24,000 bases of DNA from Gammaproteobacteria bacterium (lineage in GTDB: Bacteria; Pseudomonadota; Gammaproteobacteria; Steroidobacterales; GCA-2729495): NCBI GenBank assembly GCA_015709695.1, contig CP054183.1, forward strand, positions 1,328,992 to 1,352,991, read 5' to 3'. Below, piece by piece: positions 9,843 through 17,402 of this stretch (within the stretch, counting starts at the first letter, position 1; every line of letters begins with the position of its first letter). The notes under the pieces were generated by a model. That model did no database searches. It worked only from the letters and a program-made list of their open reading frames with translations, and was not told the DNA's origin. Both the position numbers and the translations under genes were made by a program.

Positions 9843-10373
9843 TCAGGGCTTCGTCGGCCTGCCGGTGGGTACCGCCTGGTCGAGCCAGGGGCGGATGGCC
9901 GCGGCAAACTCGTCCGCTGGCTTGCCGCCCTGGATGCGGGCGCGGACCGTGCCGGCACGATCCAGCACGTAGCTGGTCGGCAACAGCTCATTCCAGGCCG
10001 GATCGAGGACACTCACCAGGGCATCCATGTCCGCGGTCGACCGGCGGTAGGTCGCCAGCTCCGGAAACCACTTGTCCAGGAAGGGCGCAACCACCCCGGC
10101 GTAGTCACCGGGTTCATCCAGCGACACCGCCACCAGCCTGAATCCCCGATCGTGATATTGCCGCTCGAGATCGAGCAGGGCTGGTATCTCCTTGAGGCAG
10201 GCCCGGCACCATGTGGCCCAGAAGTTGACCAGCACCACCTGTCCCTGCTGCTTTTCGAGAACCTGGCGGAACTGCCCTGCATCCAGGGCGGGTGCCGGCG
10301 GTGTGGCCATGCCGGGCGCTGCCAGGAACGGCAGGACCACAACCAGGGATATCAGCCCGGAACGAATATCCAC
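9843..10373 (-). CDS. TlpA/ResA-like periplasmic thiol:disulfide oxidoreductase (thioredoxin fold)
   Basis: It has the redox motif WATWCRAC in the context VVLVNFWATWCRACLKEIPAL and an N-terminal signal-like segment (DIRSGLISLVVVLPFLAAPGMA). I prefer the GTG at 10373, which is preceded by GGGGTGAG. The track ATG at 10415 sits 1 nt from the tRNA-Ser 3' end. Confidence 0.82.
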   Translation of the reverse strand: MDIRSGLISLVVVLPFLAAPGMATPPAPALDAGQFRQVLEKQQGQVVLVNFWATWCRACLKEIPALLDLERQYHDRGFRLVAVSLDEPGDYAGVVAPFLDKWFPELATYRRSTADMDALVSVLDPAWNELLPTSYVLDRAGTVRARIQGGKPADEFAAAIRPWLDQAVPTGRPTKP

Positions 10374-10416
10374 GTGCTCACCCCACTGGCCAGCCTTGGT
10401 GCATCGTATCGGCAAA

Positions 10417-10507
10417 TGGCGGAGAGGGTGGGATTCGAACCCACGTTACGGGGTTACCGTAAACACGCTTTCCAAGCGTGCGCCTTCAGCCACTCGGCCA
10501 CCTCTCC
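10417..10507 (-). tRNA. tRNA-Ser (anticodon GGA), CCA encoded
   Basis: The minus strand reads GGAGAGGTGGCCGAGTGGCTGAAGGCGCACGCTTGGAAAGCGTGTTTACGGTAACCCCGTAACGTGGGTTCGAATCCCACCCTCTCCGCCA. The acceptor stem is 7 bp (GGAGAGG/CCTCTCC). The anticodon stem is CACGC/GCGTG with loop TTGGAAA. It has a long variable arm (TTACGG...CCGTAA) and the T-arm GTGGG-TTCGAAT-CCCAC. Confidence 0.95.
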
Positions 10508-10566
10508 TGGATCGGAACCGCTCGCGCCGCGCAGGTTAACCGAGCAGCCGGAGCCGGGCAATCAGC

Positions 10567-10869
10567 TCACTTCGCTGTCTCTTTCAGCGGCTTGTCGAAA
10601 TAACTGGGCGGACGCAGCAGGCAGCCAGCCGTCTGGGAAAGGGGCTCCGCTGCCTGGGGCTCCGCTGGCACATTCAACCGGCCACTGGCATCCGGCTTGT
10701 CGAGGCCAGCGGGCACCGTCAACGCCGGAACTTCCTGCGCCTGCTGGTATTCCTCGACGGATACGCAGGGATCGGCTTCGTGGCCCCACCAGGAGCACCC
10801 GCCCAGCAGCAGGACGGCGCTCATCAGCGGCAGTGCCTTCCGGCACAACGGCAGGCCAGCGGAGATCAC
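10567..10869 (-). CDS. bamC: Short BamC-like outer-membrane lipoprotein (N-terminal segment only)
   Basis: It lies immediately downstream of dapA, the position of bamC/nlpB in E. coli. The lipobox is LLLGGCS. The mature part EEYQQAQEVPALTVPAGLDKPDASGRLNVPA...LLRPP resembles E. coli BamC [31 protein letters not shown]...DIRPP. The start is ambiguous: GTG at 10869 (GTGA overlap with the dapA stop), TTG at 10848 or ATG at 10824. It is the 3' part of track ORF 10567..11091. Confidence 0.6.
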   Translation of the reverse strand: MISAGLPLCRKALPLMSAVLLLGGCSWWGHEADPCVSVEEYQQAQEVPALTVPAGLDKPDASGRLNVPAEPQAAEPLSQTAGCLLRPPSYFDKPLKETAK

Positions 10870-11741
10870 AGGAGCCCGGCCTGGCGCATGGCCGCTTCCA
10901 GGACGGGCTGGCTCTCTGCAGAAAGCGGCGTCAGCGGCAGGCGGATACCCGCCGGCAGCTTGCCCATCCGCTCCAGCACCCATTTCACCGGGATGGGGTT
11001 CGATTCGATGAACAGATCCCGATGCAGGCGGGAAAGCGGGCCATCCAGCTCCGCGGCTGATTCTGCGCGCCCTGCCAGGGCCGCACGGCACATGTTGGCC
11101 ATCGCGGCCGGCGCGACGTTCGCCGTGACCGAGACCACGCCCTGCCCGCCCAGCGCCATGAACTCGCGGGCCGTGGCGTCGTCACCGCTGTACAGCGCAA
11201 ACGACTTCCCCGCGGCCGCCCTGATCTGCGCGACCCGCGACAGGTCACCGGTGGCTTCCTTGATGCCGAAGATCCGCCGGTGCCTGGCCAGGCGGCCGAC
11301 AGTGGCGGGCAGCAGGTCCGCCACAGTACGGCCCGGGACGTTGTAGAGCATGACCGGCTTGTCGACGGCGTCGGCGACCGCGCAGAAGTGCCGGTACATG
11401 CCTTCCTGCGTTGGCTTGTTGTAGTACGGCACGACTATCAGGTACGCATCGATGGGCAGCATGCCGACTGTCTGCGAGAGATCGATGGTCTGGGCAGTCG
11501 AATTCGAGCCGGTTCCGGCAATGACGGGTACCCGGCCTGCGGCCCGTGCGGCCGCAACCCTGATCACCTCCACATGCTCGGCCTTGGTGAGCGTCGCCGA
11601 TTCACCGGTGGTGCCGGCGATGACCAGCCCGTCGGTACCTGCCTCGATGTGCCAGTCCACGAGCCGTTCGAGGCAGGCGTAATCCACTGCCCCATCGGAA
11701 TTCATGGGCGTGACGAGCGCAACCAGGCTGCCTCTGAACAT
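10866..11741 (-). CDS. dapA: 4-hydroxy-tetrahydrodipicolinate synthase
   Basis: The start MFRGSLVALVTPM gives an ATG at 11741 (cat at 11739-11741) and aligns with E. coli MFTGSIVAIVTPM. Other motifs are GTTGESATL, YNVPGRT, the Schiff-base Lys context GIKEATGD and the C-terminus NPIPVKW. Confidence 0.95.
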   Translation of the reverse strand: MFRGSLVALVTPMNSDGAVDYACLERLVDWHIEAGTDGLVIAGTTGESATLTKAEHVEVIRVAAARAAGRVPVIAGTGSNSTAQTIDLSQTVGMLPIDAYLIVVPYYNKPTQEGMYRHFCAVADAVDKPVMLYNVPGRTVADLLPATVGRLARHRRIFGIKEATGDLSRVAQIRAAAGKSFALYSGDDATAREFMALGGQGVVSVTANVAPAAMANMCRAALAGRAESAAELDGPLSRLHRDLFIESNPIPVKWVLERMGKLPAGIRLPLTPLSAESQPVLEAAMRQAGLL

Positions 11742-11863
11742 CGGAGATGGACCGGGGGAAAGTCGCGGGCATGCGATGGTACTTTCCGCCCCCAGCCCCC
11801 GCAAGGGCTGCTTGATGCAGGGGGTTTTCCCGGTACACTGCCGAGCTTTCCCAGGACCTCACG

Positions 11864-12400
11864 GTGTCGCCCATGGACAAGCTGCTGGCCATCACGGCGA
11901 TTGGCCCCGACCGCGCCGGCCTGATCCGCGACCTCAGCCAGGCGGTGGCCGGCTCGGGCGGCAGCATCCGCGAGAGCCGGATGATCGCCCTTGGCTCGGA
12001 GTTTGCCGTGCTGATGCTGATCGCCGGCAACTGGCACACCGTCAACAAGATCCGCGACCGCCTGGCCCAGCTGCAGCGCGAAAGCGCGCTGACCATTACC
12101 GTGCGCGACACCGAACCGCGGACCGCTGAACCCGCGGCACCCTACAACGTCGACGTGGTGGCGCTCGACCAGGAAGGGATCGTGCTGCGGCTGTCCAGCT
12201 TCTTCGCCAACCGGAACCTCGAGATCGCCGAACTCAATACCCGGCGATACAATGCCCCGCATACCGGTGCCGCGATGTTCTCGGTGCAAATGACCGTGAA
12301 CCTCCCGGCAAGCGTCCATGTGGCAACGCTGCGCGAGGAATTCCTCGACTTCTGCGATGAACACAACCTCGATGCCATCATGGAGCCGGCGCAGCGCTGA
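11864..12400 (+). CDS. gcvR: Glycine cleavage system transcriptional repressor-like protein (tandem ACT domains)
   Basis: 178 aa with two ACT-like repeats (LLAITAIGPDRAGLIRDLSQAV... and VDVVALDQEGIVLRLSSFFA...). It is divergent from dapA and upstream of bcp, exactly as gcvR is in E. coli. The start is the GTG at 11864 or the ATG at 11873. Confidence 0.85.
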   Translation: MSPMDKLLAITAIGPDRAGLIRDLSQAVAGSGGSIRESRMIALGSEFAVLMLIAGNWHTVNKIRDRLAQLQRESALTITVRDTEPRTAEPAAPYNVDVVALDQEGIVLRLSSFFANRNLEIAELNTRRYNAPHTGAAMFSVQMTVNLPASVHVATLREEFLDFCDEHNLDAIMEPAQR

Positions 12401-12432
12401 GCCGGCTGCCCTGGACGCGGAGGCGAACCGAC

Positions 12433-12900
12433 ATGACCACGATTGCGCTGGGCAAACCTGTTCCGGGATTCACCCTGCCGGCCACTGGCGGCAAGAGCAT
12501 CGGTCTGGCCGACCTCAGGGGCAGGCCGTTGGTGCTGTATTTCTATCCGAAGGACGACACGCCCGGCTGCACAAGCGAGGGTTGCGGGTTCCGCGACCAT
12601 CACCAGGCGTTCCGCAAGCTCGGTGCCGTCATCCTCGGCGTATCACGCGACCCAATGAGCTCCCACGAGAAGTTCAAGGCGAAGTACGAGTTTCCCTTCG
12701 ACCTGCTGTCCGACGCCGATGAAGACCTCTGCAGGCTCTTCGGTGTCATGCGCGAGAAGAACATGTACGGCAAGAAGGTGATGGGCGTGGAGCGCAGCAC
12801 TTTCCTCATTGACGGCAAGGGTGTCCTCCGCCAGGAATGGCGCAAGGTAAAGGTCGAGGGCCACGTGGAGGCCGTTCTCGCCGCCGTCAAGGCCCTTTAG
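12433..12900 (+). CDS. bcp: Thiol peroxidase Bcp/PrxQ (peroxiredoxin)
   Basis: 155 aa with the peroxidatic Cys motif YFYPKDDTPGCTSEGCGFRD. The SD GGAGG (12419-12423) lies upstream of the ATG. Confidence 0.94.
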   Translation: MTTIALGKPVPGFTLPATGGKSIGLADLRGRPLVLYFYPKDDTPGCTSEGCGFRDHHQAFRKLGAVILGVSRDPMSSHEKFKAKYEFPFDLLSDADEDLCRLFGVMREKNMYGKKVMGVERSTFLIDGKGVLRQEWRKVKVEGHVEAVLAAVKAL

Positions 12901-12920
12901 GCCCACCAAGGCCTGCTCCA

Positions 12921-14411
12921 GTGAGATTTCGTCGCCTGGTCGCCCTCGCCTGCAGCCTGGCCACGGCCTTCGCGCCGGTGCTGGCGGCAAACGAGGACCT
13001 GCCGGATATCGGCAGCCCCGCCGACACCGTCCTGTCCCGTGACATGGAACTGCAGATCGGCCGCTCCATCTACAAGAGTCTGCGGGACACCGGGAAGGTC
13101 ATCACCGACCCGGAGATACAGGAGTACATCCAGGACATCGGCCAGAAGATCGCGGCGAATGCCACGGACAACGGCCAGAGGTTCCGCTTCTTCGTGGTCG
13201 ACGATCCGGCAATCAACGCCTTCGCCCTCCCCGGTGGCTTCGTCGGCATCCATTCCGGCCTGCTGATGGCGACCGCAACGGAAAGCGAACTGGCCGGGGT
13301 GCTGGCGCACGAGATCTCGCATGTCACCCAGCGGCACATATCGCGGGCCATCTACGCCAACCAGCGCGCCAGCATCCTGACGATGGCGGCGCTGCTGGGC
13401 GCCATCCTGCTTGGGGCAGCCACCGGCTCCGGCGAGGCCATCCAGGGCGCCGTAGCTGCCGCACAGGGAGCCGCTGCCCAGCAGCAGATCAACTTCACCC
13501 GCAGCAACGAGTATGAGGCAGACCGGGTCGGCGTCGGCCTGATGGCCAGTGCCGGCTTCGATCCGGCGGGAATGGCGAACTTCTTCGAAACCCTGGCACG
13601 CCAGAGCGGCCCGTTGGCCAGCCAGGCACCGGAGTTTCTGCGAACGCATCCGGTCACCGTCAACCGCATCGCCGAGGCACGCGAGCGAGTGGCGCAGTTT
13701 CCGCGCCAGGACATCACCGATGCCACGGGGTATCGCCTGGCTCGTGCGCGGCTGCGGGTACTGACCAGCACCACCCCGGAAGCCGCGCTGGCGCGGTTCG
13801 AGAGCGACATGCATGACCCGAGGCAGGTGGGGGACATCGGCCTGGAATACGGCCTGGCCCTGGCCAGGCTGCAGACCGGTGACCCGGCACATGCCCGGGA
13901 CGAGTTCGCCAGCCTCGTCGACAGCCACCCGGGTGTCATCGCCTTCCATTCCGGCCTGGCCATGGCCGAGATGTCCGTCGGCGACGAGAAGGCGGCCTTC
14001 GCCACCTTTGAGCGCGCGATGCGACTGTTCCCGCGCAACGTGCCGCTGACCGTGCGTTACGCCGAGGCGCTCATGCAGCATGGGCGCGCCAGGGAAGCAC
14101 ACCGGGTGCTGCTCGACCTGCTGAATGCCGTGGCGCCAACGCCGGAGCAGGTACGGCTGATTGCATTGGCGGCCAGCGCGGCCGGCGACACCGGCGATGC
14201 GCACTACTACATGGCCGAGTATCACCTGATGGGCGGCGACCTCAATCTCGCGGCGGACGAGCTGCGGGTCGCACTGGGAATTCCGGGCCTCGATCCGGTG
14301 CAGAAGGCACGATTCAGCTCCCGGCTCAGCGAGATTCAGCAGGTGCTCAACCGGCTGCAATCGGAGAAGCGTCGATCGCGGGCCGCCGGTGAAACAGGAT
14401 TCGATTCATGA
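12921..14411 (+). CDS. bepA: BepA/YfgC-type periplasmic M48 metalloprotease with TPR domain (BAM-assisting protease/chaperone)
   Basis: It has the signal peptide VRFRRLVALACSLATAFAPVLA. The segment LPDIGSPADTVLSRDMELQIG matches E. coli BepA [21 protein letters not shown]. The zinc site is HEISHVTQRH with a downstream EYEADRVG, and the C-terminal half is TPR-like. The GTG start at 12921 was chosen because track ORF 12837.. overlaps bcp. Confidence 0.9.
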   Translation: MRFRRLVALACSLATAFAPVLAANEDLPDIGSPADTVLSRDMELQIGRSIYKSLRDTGKVITDPEIQEYIQDIGQKIAANATDNGQRFRFFVVDDPAINAFALPGGFVGIHSGLLMATATESELAGVLAHEISHVTQRHISRAIYANQRASILTMAALLGAILLGAATGSGEAIQGAVAAAQGAAAQQQINFTRSNEYEADRVGVGLMASAGFDPAGMANFFETLARQSGPLASQAPEFLRTHPVTVNRIAEARERVAQFPRQDITDATGYRLARARLRVLTSTTPEAALARFESDMHDPRQVGDIGLEYGLALARLQTGDPAHARDEFASLVDSHPGVIAFHSGLAMAEMSVGDEKAAFATFERAMRLFPRNVPLTVRYAEALMQHGRAREAHRVLLDLLNAVAPTPEQVRLIALAASAAGDTGDAHYYMAEYHLMGGDLNLAADELRVALGIPGLDPVQKARFSSRLSEIQQVLNRLQSEKRRSRAAGETGFDS

Positions 14412-15166
14412 CCGTAGCCAACGTCTGCCGCATTGCCCGCTCCTGCCTGGTTGCGGCAACCCTGACCGGCCTCCTGGGTTGTGCCGGCAATGCCGCGACC
14501 CGCAAGGAACCGGCCAATCCCGATCCGTTCGAGCCGTTCAACCGGGTCATGTATGACATCAATGACCTTGGCGATCGCTATCTCGCGAGACCGGTGGCCA
14601 AGGCCTACGAGGCCGGCACTCCGCGGGTATTTCGCATGGGGGCCAACAATTTCCTGGAAAACCTGCGCTACCCGATCACGATCGTCAACGACTTCCTGCA
14701 AGGCAAGGTACGCCAGGGTGGACAGGACCTGGCCCGCTTTGCGATCAACAGCACGGTCGGCCTGTTCGGGCTGTTCGACCCGGCATCGGCGGCCGGCCTC
14801 GAGGTGCACGACGAGGACTTCGGGCAGACCTTCTCGGTCTGGGGTCTGCCACAGGGGCCCTATCTCGTGGTTCCCGTCTTCGGGCCCTATACGGTTTCCA
14901 GCGGGATCGGCGACCTTGCCGGAACACAGGTATCGTTCATCGTCGAGGGGCCCTGGGACAGGAGCACGCGCAATGCCCTCATGATCTGGTACCTGGTCCA
15001 CCGGCGCTACAGCGTGTTGCCGGCGGACGAGCAGCTCAGGGAGGCATTCGACCCCTACATCTTCCTCAGGGACGCCTACCTGCAGAACCGCCGGTACAAG
15101 ATCTACGACGGCCACCCGCCGTATGACGACCTCTATCCGGAGGCTGACGACGATGCCGCGGAGTGA
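14408..15166 (+). CDS. mlaA: Outer-membrane lipid-asymmetry lipoprotein MlaA (VacJ)
   Basis: It has the lipobox LTGLLGCAG and the family signature DPFEPFNRVMYDIN, followed by FLENLRYP and NSTVGLFGLFD. The ATG overlaps the bepA stop (ATGA at 14408-14411). Confidence 0.92.
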   Translation: MTVANVCRIARSCLVAATLTGLLGCAGNAATRKEPANPDPFEPFNRVMYDINDLGDRYLARPVAKAYEAGTPRVFRMGANNFLENLRYPITIVNDFLQGKVRQGGQDLARFAINSTVGLFGLFDPASAAGLEVHDEDFGQTFSVWGLPQGPYLVVPVFGPYTVSSGIGDLAGTQVSFIVEGPWDRSTRNALMIWYLVHRRYSVLPADEQLREAFDPYIFLRDAYLQNRRYKIYDGHPPYDDLYPEADDDAAE

Positions 15167-15483
15167 GCGGCCGCGTCGGGGCCCGACGCGATCAGGAAGG
15201 CCTCTGTTTCACTGATCCTCGCCAGTGCCAGCAGCTTCTCCGGAATCCTGAGGATGCGCAGGCCCTGGCGTTGCTGTCGTGCGAGCGCCAGCCACTCCAG
15301 GACCAGTGCCAGCCCTGCACTGTCCACCCGCGTCACGCCCTGGAGGTCCACGGATGGTTCACTGCCCGCCTGCCGGAGCAGAGGCTGGCTGGCTTTCCAG
15401 ACCTGGGGAACGGTGGTGAAATCGAGCGTACCGGTAACGCGAAATGCGCCGTCACCCAGGGCTTCGAATCGCGCCTGTTCCAT
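15133..15483 (-). CDS. mlaB: MlaB (STAS-domain accessory protein of the Mla ABC transporter)
   Basis: 116 aa with a STAS-like core (VDLQGVTRVDSAGLALVLEWLALARQQ). It is the last gene of the mlaFEDCB order, and its ATG overlaps the mlaC stop (TGATG at 15481-15485). The Ala/Ser-rich 19-aa tail overlaps the mlaA 3' end. Confidence 0.8.
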   Translation of the reverse strand: MEQARFEALGDGAFRVTGTLDFTTVPQVWKASQPLLRQAGSEPSVDLQGVTRVDSAGLALVLEWLALARQQRQGLRILRIPEKLLALARISETEAFLIASGPDAAAHSAASSSASG

Positions 15484-16148
15484 CAGGCGCCACCCGCGCC
15501 CGCTTTCGGCCTGTCGGGATCCCGCTTGCCCGCGTCAATATCGGCCGTATCGCGTTCCAGGCGGGTGATGAGTGCATCCAGGCCCTTGGCCGCCACCTCG
15601 GCGTTGAACTGGTTGCGATAGTTCTGGATGTACGACACGCCCTCGATGCGGACATCGAAGGCCTTCCAGCCGGCCGGCGTCTCGTGCATGGCATAGCTGA
15701 CCGGTACCGTGCTCCCATCCGCCATGCGCATCTCGGTGTCGACTACCGTGCGCCCGTCCTGTGGTGGCGCACGCTCCGGCAGGATCCTGATGTTGTGCTG
15801 GTCGAACTTCAGGATCGCGGACGAATAGCTGCGCAGAAGGAAGTTGTAGAAAGCGTCGACAAACCGCTTGCGCTGCTCGGGCGTTGCGTTGCGCCACGCT
15901 TTGCCAAGCACCAGCCGACCCGCGTAGTCGGTATCGAACTGCGGAAGCAGCTCGCGATCGACGAGCGCATAGAGCTCCTTGCGGTTGGACTCCAGCTCCT
16001 GTCGGCGGCTGTCAAGCTGGTGGGCAATCCGGGTCACGGCATTTTCCACCACCTCATGGGCTGTTGGCACGCTCGCGGCGGCCGCCGCCATGCCGGTGGT
16101 GGCCAGCAGGGCAAATGCCAGGCTACTCAGAGGGCTTCGAGCTTTCAT
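15483..16148 (-). CDS. mlaC: MlaC (periplasmic phospholipid-binding protein, Ttg2D/toluene-tolerance family)
   Basis: The signal peptide MKARSPLSSLAFALLATTGMAAAAA begins at the ATG at 16148 (cat at 16146-16148). The core motifs are FDTDYAGRLVLGKAWRNATPEQRKRFVDAF and WKAFDVRIEGVS. It overlaps the mlaD 3' end by 26 nt. Confidence 0.88.
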   Translation of the reverse strand: MKARSPLSSLAFALLATTGMAAAAASVPTAHEVVENAVTRIAHQLDSRRQELESNRKELYALVDRELLPQFDTDYAGRLVLGKAWRNATPEQRKRFVDAFYNFLLRSYSSAILKFDQHNIRILPERAPPQDGRTVVDTEMRMADGSTVPVSYAMHETPAGWKAFDVRIEGVSYIQNYRNQFNAEVAAKGLDALITRLERDTADIDAGKRDPDRPKAGAGGA

Positions 16149-16608
16149 TTTCCATCCCGAGCTTGAACAGAAGCTTGCCAATGATGTTCTCCAGGACGAT
16201 GGCGGACTGCGTCAGCTGGATCTGACTATTGTTCTTCAGATAGGTTTCCGACCCCCCGGGACCGATGCCCACGTACTTGCTCCCCAGCAGGCCTGCGGTG
16301 AGGATGGCCGCATCGGAGTCATCCGGGATTTCGTCAAATTCCGGGGCGATGCGCATGGTGACCACGGCATTCAGCGCCTTGGGGTCGAAGCTGATGCGCT
16401 CCACCCTGCCGATTGTGACGCCGGACATGGTCACCGGGGCGCGCTCCTTCAGGCCGGCCACGTCCTCGAACCGGGCTGTCACCGTGTAACCCTTCTCGCT
16501 GACGTAGCTCTCGACATTGGTGGTCTGGGTCGCAAGAAAAAACAATGACGCGAAGCCGAGCAGGATGAACATTCCTGCGCCGAGTTCCCTAGCCGGAGTG
16601 CTTTCCAT
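16123..16608 (-). CDS. mlaD: MlaD (MCE-domain inner-membrane component)
   Basis: 161 aa with a single N-terminal TM segment (GAGMFILLGFASLFFLA). The MCE core is YTVTARFEDVAGLKERAPVTMSGVTIGRVERISFDP, and it also carries AIVLENIIGKLLF. Confidence 0.9.
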   Translation of the reverse strand: MESTPARELGAGMFILLGFASLFFLATQTTNVESYVSEKGYTVTARFEDVAGLKERAPVTMSGVTIGRVERISFDPKALNAVVTMRIAPEFDEIPDDSDAAILTAGLLGSKYVGIGPGGSETYLKNNSQIQLTQSAIVLENIIGKLLFKLGMENESSKPSE

Positions 16609-16622
16609 GGTCCTGTCGCCCC

Positions 16623-17402
16623 TCAGAGGAGAAATGAGGTAATCATGTAATCGAGGATCAGCACCAGCACCGAGGTGATTACCACGGTTCGCGTGGTCGC
16701 CAGGCCCACACCCTCGGCAGTGCGCTCGGCCGTGTAGCCCTCGAAAACCGCCACGAGGCTTGCCGCCCCACCGAATGCCAGGCTCTTGATGACGCCCTCG
16801 CGGATGTCACTGCTGTCGACGTATTCCTGCATCTGCGACCAGAACGCGCCATTGTCCACGCCCATGAGCTGCACGCCGACGAAATAGGCGCCGAGGATGC
16901 CCACGCTGTTGAAGATCGCCGTCAGGAATGGCACCGAAATCACGCCGCCCAGGAACCGTGGCGCGACGATGCGGCCCATCGGGTCGATGGCCATGACCTC
17001 CATGGCGGACAACTGGTCTGTGGCCTTCATGAGGCCGATCTCCGCGGTCAGCGCCGTACCGGCGCGGCCGGCGAACAGCAGGGCCGTGACCACCGGCCCC
17101 AGTTCCTTGATGAGCGACAGCGCCGCGGCCGCGCCCAGCAGGTCCTCCTGGCGGAGCCGGGAGAAAGCGTCGTACCCCTGCAATCCCACAACCATGCCGA
17201 CGAAGAAGCCAGAAGTCATGATGATGACGAGCGAGAGAACACCGGCATTCTGGATCTGGGCGGACACCAGCCGCGGGCGCCGCAGTGCGTAGGGCATCGA
17301 CTGCAGCATGGCGAGCAGGAACAGCGCCATCGATCCGAGCTTGCGTACCGCCTGCGCCAGGCGCCGTCCGATCTGCACGAACCAGCGCATGTCAGGGTCC
17401 AC
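16623..17402 (-). CDS. mlaE: MlaE (ABC transporter permease)
   Basis: 259 aa. It is collinear with E. coli MlaE (ELGPVVTALLFAGRAGTALTAEIGLMKATDQLSAMEVMAIDP). The start is the GTG at 17402 (11-nt overlap with mlaF) or the ATG at 17390 (1 nt after the mlaF stop). Confidence 0.9.
   Translation of the reverse strand: MDPDMRWFVQIGRRLAQAVRKLGSMALFLLAMLQSMPYALRRPRLVSAQIQNAGVLSLVIIMTSGFFVGMVVGLQGYDAFSRLRQEDLLGAAAALSLIKELGPVVTALLFAGRAGTALTAEIGLMKATDQLSAMEVMAIDPMGRIVAPRFLGGVISVPFLTAIFNSVGILGAYFVGVQLMGVDNGAFWSQMQEYVDSSDIREGVIKSLAFGGAASLVAVFEGYTAERTAEGVGLATTRTVVITSVLVLILDYMITSFLL

Noticed and set aside
9082-10012. Minus-strand ORFs 9082-9654 and 9101-10012 opposite the lipoprotein gene.
   Set aside because: The plus-strand ORF has a signal peptide with lipobox, a well-spaced SD and a third-position G/C bias matching neighbouring genes. 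The antisense frames have none of these.
10374-10566. tRNA-Ser(GGA) as an integration site for a genomic island.
   Set aside because: There is no integrase, no duplicated tRNA 3' segment (no second copy of GGGTTCGAATCCCAC in the window) and no compositional shift. The flanking genes are conserved core genes (tlpA-like, bamC-like/dapA).
10152-11060. A 302-aa plus-strand ORF spanning the tRNA-Ser gene and the bamC-like/dapA region. Other overlapping ORFs such as 10192-10539 and 10780-11346 are similar.
   Set aside because: It runs straight through a bona fide tRNA gene and antisense to dapA. It has Pro/Arg/Gly-rich composition and no motifs.
11742-11863. A lysine (L-box) riboswitch upstream of dapA.
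   Set aside because: The spacer is only 122 nt and is shared with the gcvR promoter. That is too short for the ~180-nt multi-helix L-box, and I see none of its conserved junction sequences.
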